64,000 nt of DNA, taken from contig CAWJQI010000001.1 in assembly GCA_963845085.1 (NCBI GenBank), forward strand, positions 224,001 through 288,000. The letters are read 5' to 3'. The notes under the pieces were generated by a model. That model saw only the letters and a list, made by a program, of their open reading frames with translations. It ran no database searches and was not told the origin of the DNA. This document shows, piece after piece, positions 43,273 to 53,263 of this stretch (the first letter of the stretch is position 1; every line of letters starts with the position of its first letter). The translations under genes were made by a program, and so were the position numbers. This stretch comes from Candidatus Fermentibacterota bacterium (GTDB lineage Bacteria > Fermentibacterota > Fermentibacteria > Fermentibacterales > JCC-6).

Positions 43273-45680
43273 GTCTTCACGCCTTCCGGAATACGTGCTT
43301 CCTCGGAATGCAGGGCAAGACCCTCGCCGCCGCAGGAAACCGTGACAAACGCCCCCGGCACGATGTCGCCCCTGATCAGGGCATCGGTCAGGGGATCTTC
43401 AAGGAACTGCTGGATTGTGCGCTGCAGATGTCTGACCCCCGCGTCGGGGCTGCATCCCCGGCGGGCGAGGAAATCCATGGCCGATTCATCGACGGCGAGG
43501 GTTACCCTGAGAGCAGAGAGCCTCTGTCTGACCCCCTCGAGCTGCAGATCGACTATCGTCCTGACGTGTGAAAGCTCAAGGCGGTTGAAGACAACCACTT
43601 CATCGAGCCTGTTGATGAACTCGGGAGGGAATATCCTTTTTGCATCCTCAACCGAGGACAGCTCGGGGGCATCGGCGGTCGAGAAGCCGACCTGTGATGA
43701 GGAAGCCCCCCTGACATTGCCCGTCATGATGATGATCGTGTTTCTGAAGTCTATCCTGCGCCCTATGTTGTCGGTCATCGTTCCGTAGTCCATCACCTGC
43801 AGAAGCATGTTGAACAGGTCGGAGTGCGCCTTCTCGATCTCGTCGAGAAGAACGACAGAATAGGGGCGTCTGCGGACCTTCTCGGTGAGCTGACCGCCGT
43901 CGTCGTACCCGACGTATCCGGGAGGGGCGCCGACGAGCCGGGATCCGGAAAAACTTTCCTGATACTCGCTCATGTCGATCCTGATGAGCGACAGCCTGTC
44001 GCCGAAGATCATTTCGGCCAGCGCCGATGCCGTTGCCGTTTTCCCGACGCCGGACGGCCCGAGGAAAAGGAAGCATCCCGCAGGCCTGTCAGCCTGTCTG
44101 AGCCCGACCTGGCTTCTCCTGATGGCCCTGGCTATGACTCCGATCGCTTTTTCCTGGCCGACTATCCTTGTGGAAAGCCGTCTTTCAAGGTCGGCGAGCC
44201 TGGAAAGATCATTTTCGCCCATCCTGCTGATGGGAATGCCTGTCATAGAGGATACGACTGCGGCCACGTCATCGGGCGTTATGGTCACGGGGGTGAGGCT
44301 TTCGATCCACTGTTGCCTTCCGGCCTCGATGGCCTGGGAGAGCCTTTGCACCTCGTTCTTGATATTGTTGACCTGAATAAGGTTGCGCTTCTCGAGCTCA
44401 TGTTCGAGTTCAACCTCGAGCCCGGAAAGGGCACGGTGCATCTCGAGCAGGCTTTCAGGTGAGCGCGAGCTTTCCGAGTTCGCCCTGGCGCCGCTTTCAT
44501 CCATGACATCAATCGCCTTGTCGGGCAGAAAACGGCCGCTGATGTACCTGTCGGCAAGCACTGCGCAGCTTCGAACAGCCTCGGGGGTGTAGATCGAGTT
44601 GTGATGCTTCGCATACCTGGGCTCGAGCCCCTCGAGAATACTGACAGTGAGCTCGACGCTCGGAGGGTCGACCGGGATGGGCTGGAATCGCCTCTCAAGG
44701 GCGCCGTCCTTCTCGATACGCCTTCTGTACTCGTCGAGGGTCGTCGCACCTATGCACTGGAACTCGCCCCTGGCAAGGGAGGGTTTGAGGAGGTTCGCTG
44801 CATCCATGGCGCCCTCGGCGCCGCCGGCTCCGACTATCGTATGGATCTCGTCGATGAACAGGATGACGTTGCCGGAATCCACTATCTCCTTCAGCAGAAC
44901 CTTCAGCCGCTCCTCGAACTGCCCCCGGTACTTGGTGCCGGCGAGAACCCCGGCCATGTCAAGGGCAAGTATCCTCTTGCCGTGGAGCATCATGGGAACC
45001 GTGGCATCGATTATCCGGCTCGCAAGGCCTTCCACTATGGCGGTTTTGCCTACGCCGGGTTCACCGATCAGCACGGGATTGGACTTCTTCCTTCTGCAGA
45101 GCACCCTGACAAGCCTGCCTATCTCCTGGTCGCGGCCGATGACCGGGTCGAGAAGCCCCTTGCGGGCCATCGCGGTGAGATCACGGCAGAAGTACTCCAT
45201 GGCGGACACCTGCTTTTCGGGAGCGCTTTCGGTTCTGGCGCCGCCGGGCAGGGATCTCACCACCCTGTCGGCCTTTTCATATGTAACGCCGGCCTCCCAC
45301 AGGATCTCCCCCGCGACCGTGGTTTCAACAGTGGTCACTGCGAGGAGCAGGTGTTCGGTGCCGACCGTGGGCGAATCGAGCCCCTGGGCAAGCCGCCCCG
45401 CCTCCTGGAGAATCCTGCGGGCCCTTTCGGTCCATTCCAGCTCGTGCCTGTCAACCGAAACCGGAAGCCTTCCACCGCGTATCCGGTTCTGAACCCTCAG
45501 CCTGAGCTCGGCGGTGTTGACCCCGAGGCGCGACAGAACATTGGATGCGGTGGACCCGTCGACGGTCAGGATGCCGTAAAGGATGTGCTCGGATGTGACA
45601 CTCGGCCTGCCTGAACGGCCTGCCTCGAGCCTTGCTTCATTCAATGCGGCCCTGGCTCGTTCGCTGAACCTCTCCCGCAA
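43269..45680 (-). CDS. clpC: ATP-dependent Clp protease ATPase subunit
   Basis: Clp-N repeats, GEPGVGKT, GPSGVGKT, RIDMSEY, GAPPGYVGY. Confidence 0.9.
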   Translation of the reverse strand: MRERFSERARAALNEARLEAGRSGRPSVTSEHILYGILTVDGSTASNVLSRLGVNTAELRLRVQNRIRGGRLPVSVDRHELEWTERARRILQEAGRLAQGLDSPTVGTEHLLLAVTTVETTVAGEILWEAGVTYEKADRVVRSLPGGARTESAPEKQVSAMEYFCRDLTAMARKGLLDPVIGRDQEIGRLVRVLCRRKKSNPVLIGEPGVGKTAIVEGLASRIIDATVPMMLHGKRILALDMAGVLAGTKYRGQFEERLKVLLKEIVDSGNVILFIDEIHTIVGAGGAEGAMDAANLLKPSLARGEFQCIGATTLDEYRRRIEKDGALERRFQPIPVDPPSVELTVSILEGLEPRYAKHHNSIYTPEAVRSCAVLADRYISGRFLPDKAIDVMDESGARANSESSRSPESLLEMHRALSGLEVELEHELEKRNLIQVNNIKNEVQRLSQAIEAGRQQWIESLTPVTITPDDVAAVVSSMTGIPISRMGENDLSRLADLERRLSTRIVGQEKAIGVIARAIRRSQVGLRQADRPAGCFLFLGPSGVGKTATASALAEMIFGDRLSLIRIDMSEYQESFSGSRLVGAPPGYVGYDDGGQLTEKVRRRPYSVVLLDEIEKAHSDLFNMLLQVMDYGTMTDNIGRRIDFRNTIIIMTGNVRGASSSQVGFSTADAPELSSVEDAKRIFPPEFINRLDEVVVFNRLELSHVRTIVDLQLEGVRQRLSALRVTLAVDESAMDFLARRGCSPDAGVRHLQRTIQQFLEDPLTDALIRGDIVPGAFVTVSCGGEGLALHSEEARIPEGVKT

Positions 45681-45759
45681 TTCGTCCCCTTTCGTGGAAC
45701 CCGTCTCCCGGGTTTACCAGCAGGTAAATATAAGGTTCCAGACCGGCTTTACCAGCCGC

Positions 45760-46446
45760 TCAGCCCTCGCGAAGCTGCCCCCTGTCAAGTACGAGCAGCC
45801 TTCCGCACCTCTGGGCAAGTTCCCTGCTGTGCGTAGCGATCAGAAACGCCTGGTTGCGCCTCCGGGCAAGATCGATCATGAGGTTCTCCACCATGCCGGT
45901 TGCCTCGTCGTCGAGGTTGCCCGTCGGCTCGTCGGCGAGAACCACCGATGGCTCCATGGCAAGGGCTCGTGCGAGGGCGGCCCGCTGCCGTTCCCCCCCG
46001 GAGATCTCGGATGGGAAGTGCTTTCCCCTTTCAAGGATGCCGACCTCTCCGAGAAGCCCGGCGGCGATCTCCATCGCAAGTTTTCTGGGCATTCCGGAGA
46101 TCATGCACGGCATCGCCACGTTTTCGTGCACCGTGAACTCTTCAAGCAGGTGGTGGAACTGGAAGACGAAACCGAGGCTGCGGTTCCTGATCCTCGAGCG
46201 CCTCGCCTCGTTGACCTTCCAGGGGTCACGCCCGTCTATGAGAACGGTTCCGCCGCATGGCCGGGCGAGCAGCCCGAGCACGTGAAGCAGGGTGCTCTTG
46301 CCGGAACCGCTGGGGCCCATGACCGCGGTCAGCTGGCCGGGGTACAGGTCGAGTGACGCCCCCCTCAGCACGTTCAGGGCATTCTCTCCGCGGCCGTAGG
46401 TGTAATGGATTGCGCTGCAGGAAAGAACCGGTGTGCCGCTATTCAT
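45760..46446 (-). CDS. lolD: Lipoprotein-releasing ABC ATPase
   Basis: GPSGSGKSTLL, FVFQFHHLL, SGGERQR, LADEPTGNLD. Confidence 0.9.
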   Translation of the reverse strand: MNSGTPVLSCSAIHYTYGRGENALNVLRGASLDLYPGQLTAVMGPSGSGKSTLLHVLGLLARPCGGTVLIDGRDPWKVNEARRSRIRNRSLGFVFQFHHLLEEFTVHENVAMPCMISGMPRKLAMEIAAGLLGEVGILERGKHFPSEISGGERQRAALARALAMEPSVVLADEPTGNLDDEATGMVENLMIDLARRRNQAFLIATHSRELAQRCGRLLVLDRGQLREG

Positions 46447-47641
46447 ATCTCAAAGCCTCGGACGGTGAGTCGGAAAGCGCCGAAAGGGCGGGCGCCATGG
46501 ACACAAGAAGGCAGACGACCACTGTGGCCACCGACGCCGCGACTGCAGTTTCCGAGGAAAAGCTTCCTGTAAGCGTTTCAACCCAGTATACGCTGCCGTC
46601 GAGCCGAATCGGGAAGAACCTGTTGATCACCTGAATCACGACCCATGCGGTAGACACCCCCGCAATGACTCCGGCGGCACCGATGGACAGGCCCCTTGTG
46701 ATGCTTGAAACGAAAACCATCCTTGGTGACGCACCCATGGCCCTCAGCACGCCCGTATCCCACCTGTGCTCAAGCGCGATCATGGTGAGGGCGCTTGAGA
46801 GGTTCAGCAGTGCAACAACAGTGATGAGCGCGAGGACAATGGTCATGGCAAGGGATTCGAGGCCCAGGGCCTGGAACAGATTGGAATGGAAGGACATGAA
46901 GGGCACGGCAGTCATGTACGATGGCCAGCCCCCCTCCACATACCTATCCCTGAGGAGGGAATCGAGAAGCAGCGAAGCTTCAACAGGGTCGGCGCTCGCG
47001 GAGAGCAGTACTCCCATCGAGCTCAGGCCGGAATCATCACGGAATAGGCTTCTGGCGCTTTCAAGCGACGTTGTAACGAGGGATCGGTTGTAGTCGTCGA
47101 TCCCGAAATCGTTCACCCGGACGACCACCACCGGCATGATTGTGTCGACAAGGATCCTTCCCATGCCGCTCACGTTGACCCCGGCGGTGGACGCGAGACG
47201 GACTGTGTCCCCCTCGGACACCCCGAGAACCTCGGCAAGCCTCATTCCGATGACCGCCCCCTCCCCCCGTCCGGAAAGCCCCCTGACCATAACGCCCGAA
47301 ACGGTGCCGACGGCGCCGGAGGCCACGGCCGGCCTCTCGAGCACGGCGACGACCCCGGTTGCACCCGGAACACGGAGTGCGAGCTCTTCGACAAGCCCGT
47401 AATCAGCTGGACCGAGTGCCCCCCCGCCGGGTGAGAACACGTGGACCGGCGGGTTTACCATCTCGAGGCTGCCCCGTATGGCGTCAGTAAAACCGTCCAT
47501 GAAGGAGCGGAGAATGATGAGGGCTGCGACGCCGATCGCGATCCCCGCAACCGACAGCACGCCCACAAGGCGGACGAACCCCGAGTGTGACCTGCTCACA
47601 ACCTGTCTCCCGGAGAGCTCGCGCACAAGCCAGAGGTTCAT
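46439..47641 (-). CDS. lolC: Lipoprotein-releasing ABC permease (LolC/E)
   Basis: SVAGIAIGVAALII, GVLRAMGA, PSEALRYE; adjacent to lolD. Confidence 0.85.
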   Translation of the reverse strand: MNLWLVRELSGRQVVSRSHSGFVRLVGVLSVAGIAIGVAALIILRSFMDGFTDAIRGSLEMVNPPVHVFSPGGGALGPADYGLVEELALRVPGATGVVAVLERPAVASGAVGTVSGVMVRGLSGRGEGAVIGMRLAEVLGVSEGDTVRLASTAGVNVSGMGRILVDTIMPVVVVRVNDFGIDDYNRSLVTTSLESARSLFRDDSGLSSMGVLLSASADPVEASLLLDSLLRDRYVEGGWPSYMTAVPFMSFHSNLFQALGLESLAMTIVLALITVVALLNLSSALTMIALEHRWDTGVLRAMGASPRMVFVSSITRGLSIGAAGVIAGVSTAWVVIQVINRFFPIRLDGSVYWVETLTGSFSSETAVAASVATVVVCLLVSMAPALSALSDSPSEALRYE

Positions 47642-49107
47642 TTTTCCCTTCGGAGATGGGGGAAGAGAATTGTGTCGCGGATGGATCCGGCATCGGTGAG
47701 GATCATCACCAGACGGTCCACGCCGACACCGAGCCCCCCGGCCGGCGGCATGCCAACCTCGAGCGCGAACAGGAACTCCTCGTCGACCTCGCCCTGCCTG
47801 TGGCCGCTCTGGGCCGCCTGTTCCTCGAGAATGCGCCTTTGAAGGACGGGGTCATTCTGTTCGCTGAAAGCATTGGCGAGCTCGATCCCGGCGATGAATG
47901 CCTCGAAGCGTTCGGTAAGCCTCGGGTCGGACGGCTTTCCCTTCGCAAGCGGGGAGAGCTCGACCGGGTAGTCGATGACGAATGTTGGCTGCAGGAGCGC
48001 AGGCGTCACGAAATGGTCGAAAAGCTTGTCGAGCAGGTCGGGACGCCCCGCACCGTCGGCCGGTATGCCGAGCCGGGCGGCAAAGCGGGCGAGCTGGCCG
48101 GTTTCGAACTCGAACAGCCTTTCACCGCTTCTTTCGTGCAGGGCATCGACGAAACCCACCCGCTCAAACGGGGGCGTCAGGTTCACGGCCTGCCCCTGGA
48201 ACTGGATCTCGGAGCCCCTGCCGATCGATGCGGCCGAGACCGACACGAGCTCCTCGAAGCGGCGCATCATGCCCTCATAGTCGGTCCATGCCTCATACAG
48301 CTCGAGCTGCGTGAATTCGGGGCTGTGAGTTCTGTCCACACCCTCGTTGCGGAAGTCCTTCCCTATCTCGTAGACCCTGTGAAACCCCCCGACCATAAGC
48401 CGCTTGAGGTATAGCTCGGTTGCAATCCTGAGGTAGCACTGCTGGTCGAGGAAGTTGTATGTCGTTGTGAACGGTTCGGCGCTCGCGCCGCCGTACAACT
48501 GCTGGAGAACGGGCGTTTCCACCTCGATAAAGCCCTGACCGTCGAGATGCGAGCGCATCGCGGAAATGATACGGCTTCTGCCTGCAAACCTTTCCCGGCT
48601 TTCGCTGTTCAGAAGAAGGTCTACGCACCTGTGCCTGTAGAGCAGGTCGGGATCGCTCACGGCATCATGGACCTCGCCCGACGAGTCAACCTTCACCACG
48701 GGCAGGGGCCTCACGGCCTTCACCAGAAGCTTGAGCCCGGAAACGTTGATCGTCAGCTCGCCCATTCTCGTGACGAAAAGAAGGCCGGCAACCCAGATGA
48801 TGTCGCCCAGGTCGGTGTGACCGAGTACCGCAAGCGCTTCGGGACCGAGCTCCCTGCTGTTGAAATAAAGCTGCACCTTCCCGGTCGGGTCGGAAATGTC
48901 CATGAACATGGTCTTGCCGTGTTCACGGCGGGCCCTTATGCGGCCGCTCGTACAAACGGTTCCCCCACCCCCGGGATCCTGTTTCCTGATCTCTTCGATG
49001 GAAGACCTCTCGGGTGTGCGTGGTGGGTACGGATCGATTCCGGAATCACGAAGTGCGGAGAGCTTTTCGAGCCTTCCCGCAATCAGGGGATTGTGCTGCA
49101 ATGTCAT
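47638..49107 (-). CDS. lysS: Lysine--tRNA ligase (class II)
   Basis: OB fold, EVETP, YLRIATELYLKRL, FRNEG, ELANAFSE, GLGVGVDR. Confidence 0.96.
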   Translation of the reverse strand: MTLQHNPLIAGRLEKLSALRDSGIDPYPPRTPERSSIEEIRKQDPGGGGTVCTSGRIRARREHGKTMFMDISDPTGKVQLYFNSRELGPEALAVLGHTDLGDIIWVAGLLFVTRMGELTINVSGLKLLVKAVRPLPVVKVDSSGEVHDAVSDPDLLYRHRCVDLLLNSESRERFAGRSRIISAMRSHLDGQGFIEVETPVLQQLYGGASAEPFTTTYNFLDQQCYLRIATELYLKRLMVGGFHRVYEIGKDFRNEGVDRTHSPEFTQLELYEAWTDYEGMMRRFEELVSVSAASIGRGSEIQFQGQAVNLTPPFERVGFVDALHERSGERLFEFETGQLARFAARLGIPADGAGRPDLLDKLFDHFVTPALLQPTFVIDYPVELSPLAKGKPSDPRLTERFEAFIAGIELANAFSEQNDPVLQRRILEEQAAQSGHRQGEVDEEFLFALEVGMPPAGGLGVGVDRLVMILTDAGSIRDTILFPHLRREK

Positions 49108-50212
49108 TCACTGCCCGCCGTTCTGTTTCAGATAGGCCTCAACGAAATCCTGTATGTCCCCGGCGAGAAACCCCTCGACATTGGACGTTTCCATTCCGGT
49201 TCTGTGGTCCTTCACCATCTGGTAGGGATGGAGTACATAGCTCCTGATCTGGTTTCCCCATGAAACATCCTGCTTGACCCCTTCCAGCTTCTCCCTCTCC
49301 TTGCGGCGCTTCTCCTCCTCAAGTTCGAAGAGCCTCGCCCTCAGGACACGCCAGGCCAGTTCACGGTTTCGGTGCTGGCTTCTCTCGTTCTGACAGGAGA
49401 CGGCGATCCCGGTGGGGATGTGGGTAAGCCTGATGGCGCTCGAGGTTTTGTTCACGTGCTGGCCGCCCGCCCCGCTTGCCCTGAAAACATCCGTTCTCAC
49501 ATCCTCCTCGTCGATCTCGACGCTGACCGAATCCTCGAGGTCGGGCAGGGGGAGAACGCTTGCGAAGCTCGTGTGCCTGCGGTTGTTCTGGTCGAATGGA
49601 CTGCGGCGCACAAGCCTGTGTATCCCCCTCTCGGCGTTGAGGTAGCCGAAGACGTAGGGGCCGCGGATGGCAGCGACGCCTTCCCTGATTCCGCCCTCCT
49701 CACCATCCGAGGTGCTCAGGATCTCAACCTCAAAGCCCTGTTTCTCCGCCCAGTAAACGTACATTCTGAAAAGCATCTCGGCCCAGTCCTGGCTGTCGAC
49801 ACCGCCGGCCCCGCTGCGAATGGTCAGGATGGCGTCGCACTGGTCGTGGGGCCCGCTGAGCATCTGCCTGAATTCAAGGCTGTTCAAGGCCTTTGAAAGC
49901 CATTCCGCTGCCTTCTCGGCATCGGAGTGCATGCCGCTGTCCGACTCGAGTTCCAACAGCTCGAGTGCGGCAAGACCGTCGGAGAGCCTGCGCGAAACCT
50001 CGCCAATCGGGTTCGTCCAGTTCTGTATGTGCCTGAGTTTCGATATCGTTTCCAGAGCGCTCTTCCTGTCCTCCCAGAAGTCAGCGGCAGCCATCCGGGT
50101 GTTGAGGGAGGACTCGGAACTCAACAGGCCTGGATAGTCAAAGACGCTCCTTGAGCAGTTCGATCCTTCGTTCGGAATCGTGGAGAACCGCTGCGAGTTC
50201 CTCGGTAGTCAT
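49108..50212 (-). CDS. prfB: Peptide chain release factor 2 with programmed +1 frameshift
   Basis: MTTEELAAVLHDSERRIELLKERL-(CTT TGA C)-DYPGLL...; SPF and GGQ motifs. Confidence 0.95.
50137..50152 (-). promoter_or_regulatory. RF2 autoregulatory frameshift cassette
   Basis: Minus strand AAGGAG-CGT-CTTTGAC: internal SD plus canonical slippery site. Confidence 0.93.
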
Positions 50213-50258
50213 GAAAGAAACCTCCGTAAATGGTGATGGAACCATGTTAATATAATCC

Positions 50259-50430
50259 ATCGGACCCGCATGGGTTCAGTTGCATCAGCTCCCGCGGCCT
50301 TCAGTTCCAAAGGCCCGGCCGGGTGAACGGAAACGGTCCGGAGCAGTATATTCCGGCCATGTCAGACGGTATTTCGCAAGGGCTTGCGGACTCAGGAAAC
50401 ACTGTCAACGCGAACCCCGTGTTCCGGATC
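50259..50430 (-). ncRNA. Candidate structured ncRNA, 6S RNA-like
   Basis: About 170 nt intergenic; ends pair (GGGTTC/GAACCC, GTTG/CAAC, CAG/CTG, TTCCTG/CGGGAG), central bubble with small hairpins, apical CCGGA/TCCGG stem; G-U pairs favour the minus strand. Confidence 0.45.
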
Positions 50431-50522
50431 GGCCTGCATCCCCGGCGGCGTTTTGCCTCCGGTAAGGCCTTCCGCAGTGTCCGGATCGACATCGGCCGAA
50501 GAATGACGATTTAGGAGGATTG

Positions 50523-51353
50523 ATGAGACTCAACGAGATACTTACCCCGGAAAGCTGCAGCACCGGTCTCGAGGCAAAAAACCGTGAAGAGGCCATCGCC
50601 GGGATAGCAGAACTTCTTGCCGGATGCCCCTCGGCCCGCGGCATCCCCATGCAGACCATCCTGAACGGGCTGCTTGAACGCGAAAAACTCGGGTCGACGG
50701 GTGTCGGCGAGGGTGTTGCCATCCCGCACTGCCGCATCGACTCGATGAAGGGTTTTGCCGTGGCGCTTGCCGTCTGCACAAAGGGCATAAACTGGCATTC
50801 CCACGACAACCACGGAGTCAACATCATCTGCGGTATCGCAGGCCCGGAAGACTCAACGAACGAGCATCTGCGGATACTCGCCGGGGCCGCCCGCGTTCTC
50901 GGGTCGGAGAGGGCGAGAAATGAGATCCTTGAATGCGGCACGCCCTTCTCACTGAGCAGGGTCTTCCTGCACCACCTTGCACCCGTCACCTCAAGGCTCG
51001 AGGAGGGACGAAGGGAAGGCAGGAAGCTTGTTGTCATAATCTTCCAGCAGGACAAGACCTACAACAGCGTCATGGAGCTTTTCCTCGAGAGCGGCATCGA
51101 GGGGGCCGTCACCATTCAGGCCGGCATGATGGGGCCCGTTCTCTCGAACGTGCCGATATTCGCCGGCTTCATGGACGTTCTCGGCCGGTCACGTCCCGAA
51201 CCGAGGGTTGTCCTGACCCTTCTCCCTGGCGACAGGGTAGATGAAATCGTCTCACAGATCGAGGAGATCACGGGCGAACTCGATACCAACCGTGGCGCCT
51301 GCATACTTGTCATGGAACCTTTGATCATCCGCGGAAGCCTTGAAACCCTTTGA
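50523..51353 (+). CDS. PTS IIA (Ntr/Fru-type) domain fused to a PII-like domain
   Basis: EREKLGSTGVGEGVAIPH phospho-His motif; C-terminal KLVVII...GIEGAVTI...VPIFAGF...ITGEL. Confidence 0.8.
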   Translation: MRLNEILTPESCSTGLEAKNREEAIAGIAELLAGCPSARGIPMQTILNGLLEREKLGSTGVGEGVAIPHCRIDSMKGFAVALAVCTKGINWHSHDNHGVNIICGIAGPEDSTNEHLRILAGAARVLGSERARNEILECGTPFSLSRVFLHHLAPVTSRLEEGRREGRKLVVIIFQQDKTYNSVMELFLESGIEGAVTIQAGMMGPVLSNVPIFAGFMDVLGRSRPEPRVVLTLLPGDRVDEIVSQIEEITGELDTNRGACILVMEPLIIRGSLETL

Positions 51354-51365
51354 AAGGATCCTGCA

Positions 51366-52795
51366 ATGGCCAACCTTGAAGAAAGAATGAGGGAACTCTT
51401 TTCCAGGGTGGAGAAGAACAACAGCTGGCGACAGAGGGAATGCATCAACCTCATCCCCTCTGAGAACACTCCATCCCCCCTGGTCAAGATCTGCGAGCTG
51501 TGCGATCCCGCAGGCCGGTACGCCGAGCACAGGTCCATGAAGGGCAGGGAAGTCTACTTCTACCACGGCACCGACTTCATCCGCGACATAGAGCTCGAGG
51601 CCTCCGCTGCCCTCTGCGAGTACTTCGGCTGCAGCGAGACCGAGCTCAGGCCCGTGAGCGGGCAGATGGCCAACGAGATCGTCTTCAAGGCCGCAGTGAA
51701 GAATGCGAACCGTGAAGGCGGAAACTGGCGCCGACTTCGGGCCGTCATGAACAACGACCTCGGCATGGGCGGTCACCTTTCCAGCCAGCCCATGGGAGCC
51801 CTCTACAACTTCGTCGACAGGAATCCCGCCACCGGTGTGGAGAACTGCGTCAACTTCCCCGTCCAGGCCGGCAACCCGTACAAGATTGACGAAAAGCGGA
51901 TGCTCGCAGCTTCTCGATGAGCACAGGCCCGAGCTTGTTGTGTTCGGCAAGAGCATGTTCCTCTACCCCGAACCGGTGAAGGTTCTGGCCGACCATGTCG
52001 CGGACTGGTCGGACCAGGCCGGTGATCATGTACGACATGGCCCACGTTCTGGGTCTCTACGGTGCCTTCCAGGCACCTCTGGCCGACGGCGCCGATGTTG
52101 TGACGGGATCGACCCACAAGACTTTCTTCGGGCCGCAGAGGGGAGTCATCGCCTCCAACATGGACAGGAAGCACCCCCTGCGGAAGCTCTGGCTCGACAT
52201 AAACAGCAGGGCATTCCCGGGAAGCACTTCGAACCATCATCTCGCAACGCTTCTCGGCCTCCTCGTTGCGACCATCGAAATGAACACGTTCAAGGACGAG
52301 TACCAGAACCAGGTCCTTCGGAACGCAAGGGCGTTCGCCCGCCACCTCGCCGACAACGGCCTTCAGATCGAGGGCGATCCCTCCGACGGCTACACCATGA
52401 CCCACCAGGTCGTCATAAGGGTCAAGGAGCACGGCGACGGGGCCGACGTTGCGGACAGGCTTCAGGCGAACAACATCATGGTCAACTACCAGGCCCTTCC
52501 CGATGATGAAACATTCCTCACCCCCTCCGGGATCCGAACCGGCGTGAGCGAGATGACCCGTTTCGGAATGAACGAGGCCGATTTCGCCCCGCTCGCCGAG
52601 CTCATGGCCGCCGTCATCAAAAGGAGCGAGGATGTGAGGGCGAAGGTCACGGCGCTCAGGGGCCGGTTCACCACGATGCGCTACACCCTCCCCCTCGCGG
52701 AAAGCATCGACATTGCAGCGTCGGCGATGGCCTCATCGTTCCCCACCTCGGAATACACGGCTCTCTTCGCGGAGAATCTAAGGAAGTTCCTTTAA
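51366..52795 (+). CDS. glyA: Serine hydroxymethyltransferase; two indels (~51907, ~52015)
   Basis: INLIPSEN, SGQMAN, GGHLS, YDMAHVLGL, STHKTFFGPQRG (PLP Lys), SGIRTGVSEMTRFGM. Confidence 0.85.
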
Positions 52796-52809
52796 ACGGA
52801 GGTGACGAA

Positions 52810-53247
52810 ATGTCGATCTTGATGCTGATGCTCTGCTCTTCCATCTACGGAGGCCAGGGAGGCGATTTCGGCCTTGGGATAATCATCGGAGAGCCCACTG
52901 GCATTTGTTTCAAATACTTCGTCTCACAGGACAGGGCATGGGCGGGAGCCGCCGCCTGGAGCCTTTCAGGAGATGAAAAGGCCGCCCATCTGCATGCCGA
53001 CTACCTCTTTCACGTGTCCGAGCTTGCAAGCTGGGACGGGGGCCGTTCCCCCTTCTACGCAGGGGTCGGCGCGAGGATCCTGTTCCGTGACGAGACCACG
53101 GTCGGCGTTCGAATACCGGTGGGTGTCGCCTGGGTGTTCGACGAGGCGCCCTTCGACGCCTTCCTCGAGATCGCCCCGATGATGGACGTTGCCCCCGATA
53201 CCGACTTCGATGTAGCGGGAGGGGTTGGGGCCAGGTTCTGGTTCTAA
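52810..53247 (+). CDS. Small outer-membrane beta-barrel protein (DUF3996-like)
   Basis: FGLGIIIGEPTGI, HLHADYL, GVRIPVGV, terminal ARFWF. Confidence 0.65.
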   Translation: MSILMLMLCSSIYGGQGGDFGLGIIIGEPTGICFKYFVSQDRAWAGAAAWSLSGDEKAAHLHADYLFHVSELASWDGGRSPFYAGVGARILFRDETTVGVRIPVGVAWVFDEAPFDAFLEIAPMMDVAPDTDFDVAGGVGARFWF

Positions 53248-53263
53248 AGAATTGGAGAGATGA

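Noticed and set aside
51366..52795. glyA as a true pseudogene
   Set aside because: Two single-base indels of the same type seen elsewhere; all catalytic motifs intact and no nonsense codons after correction.
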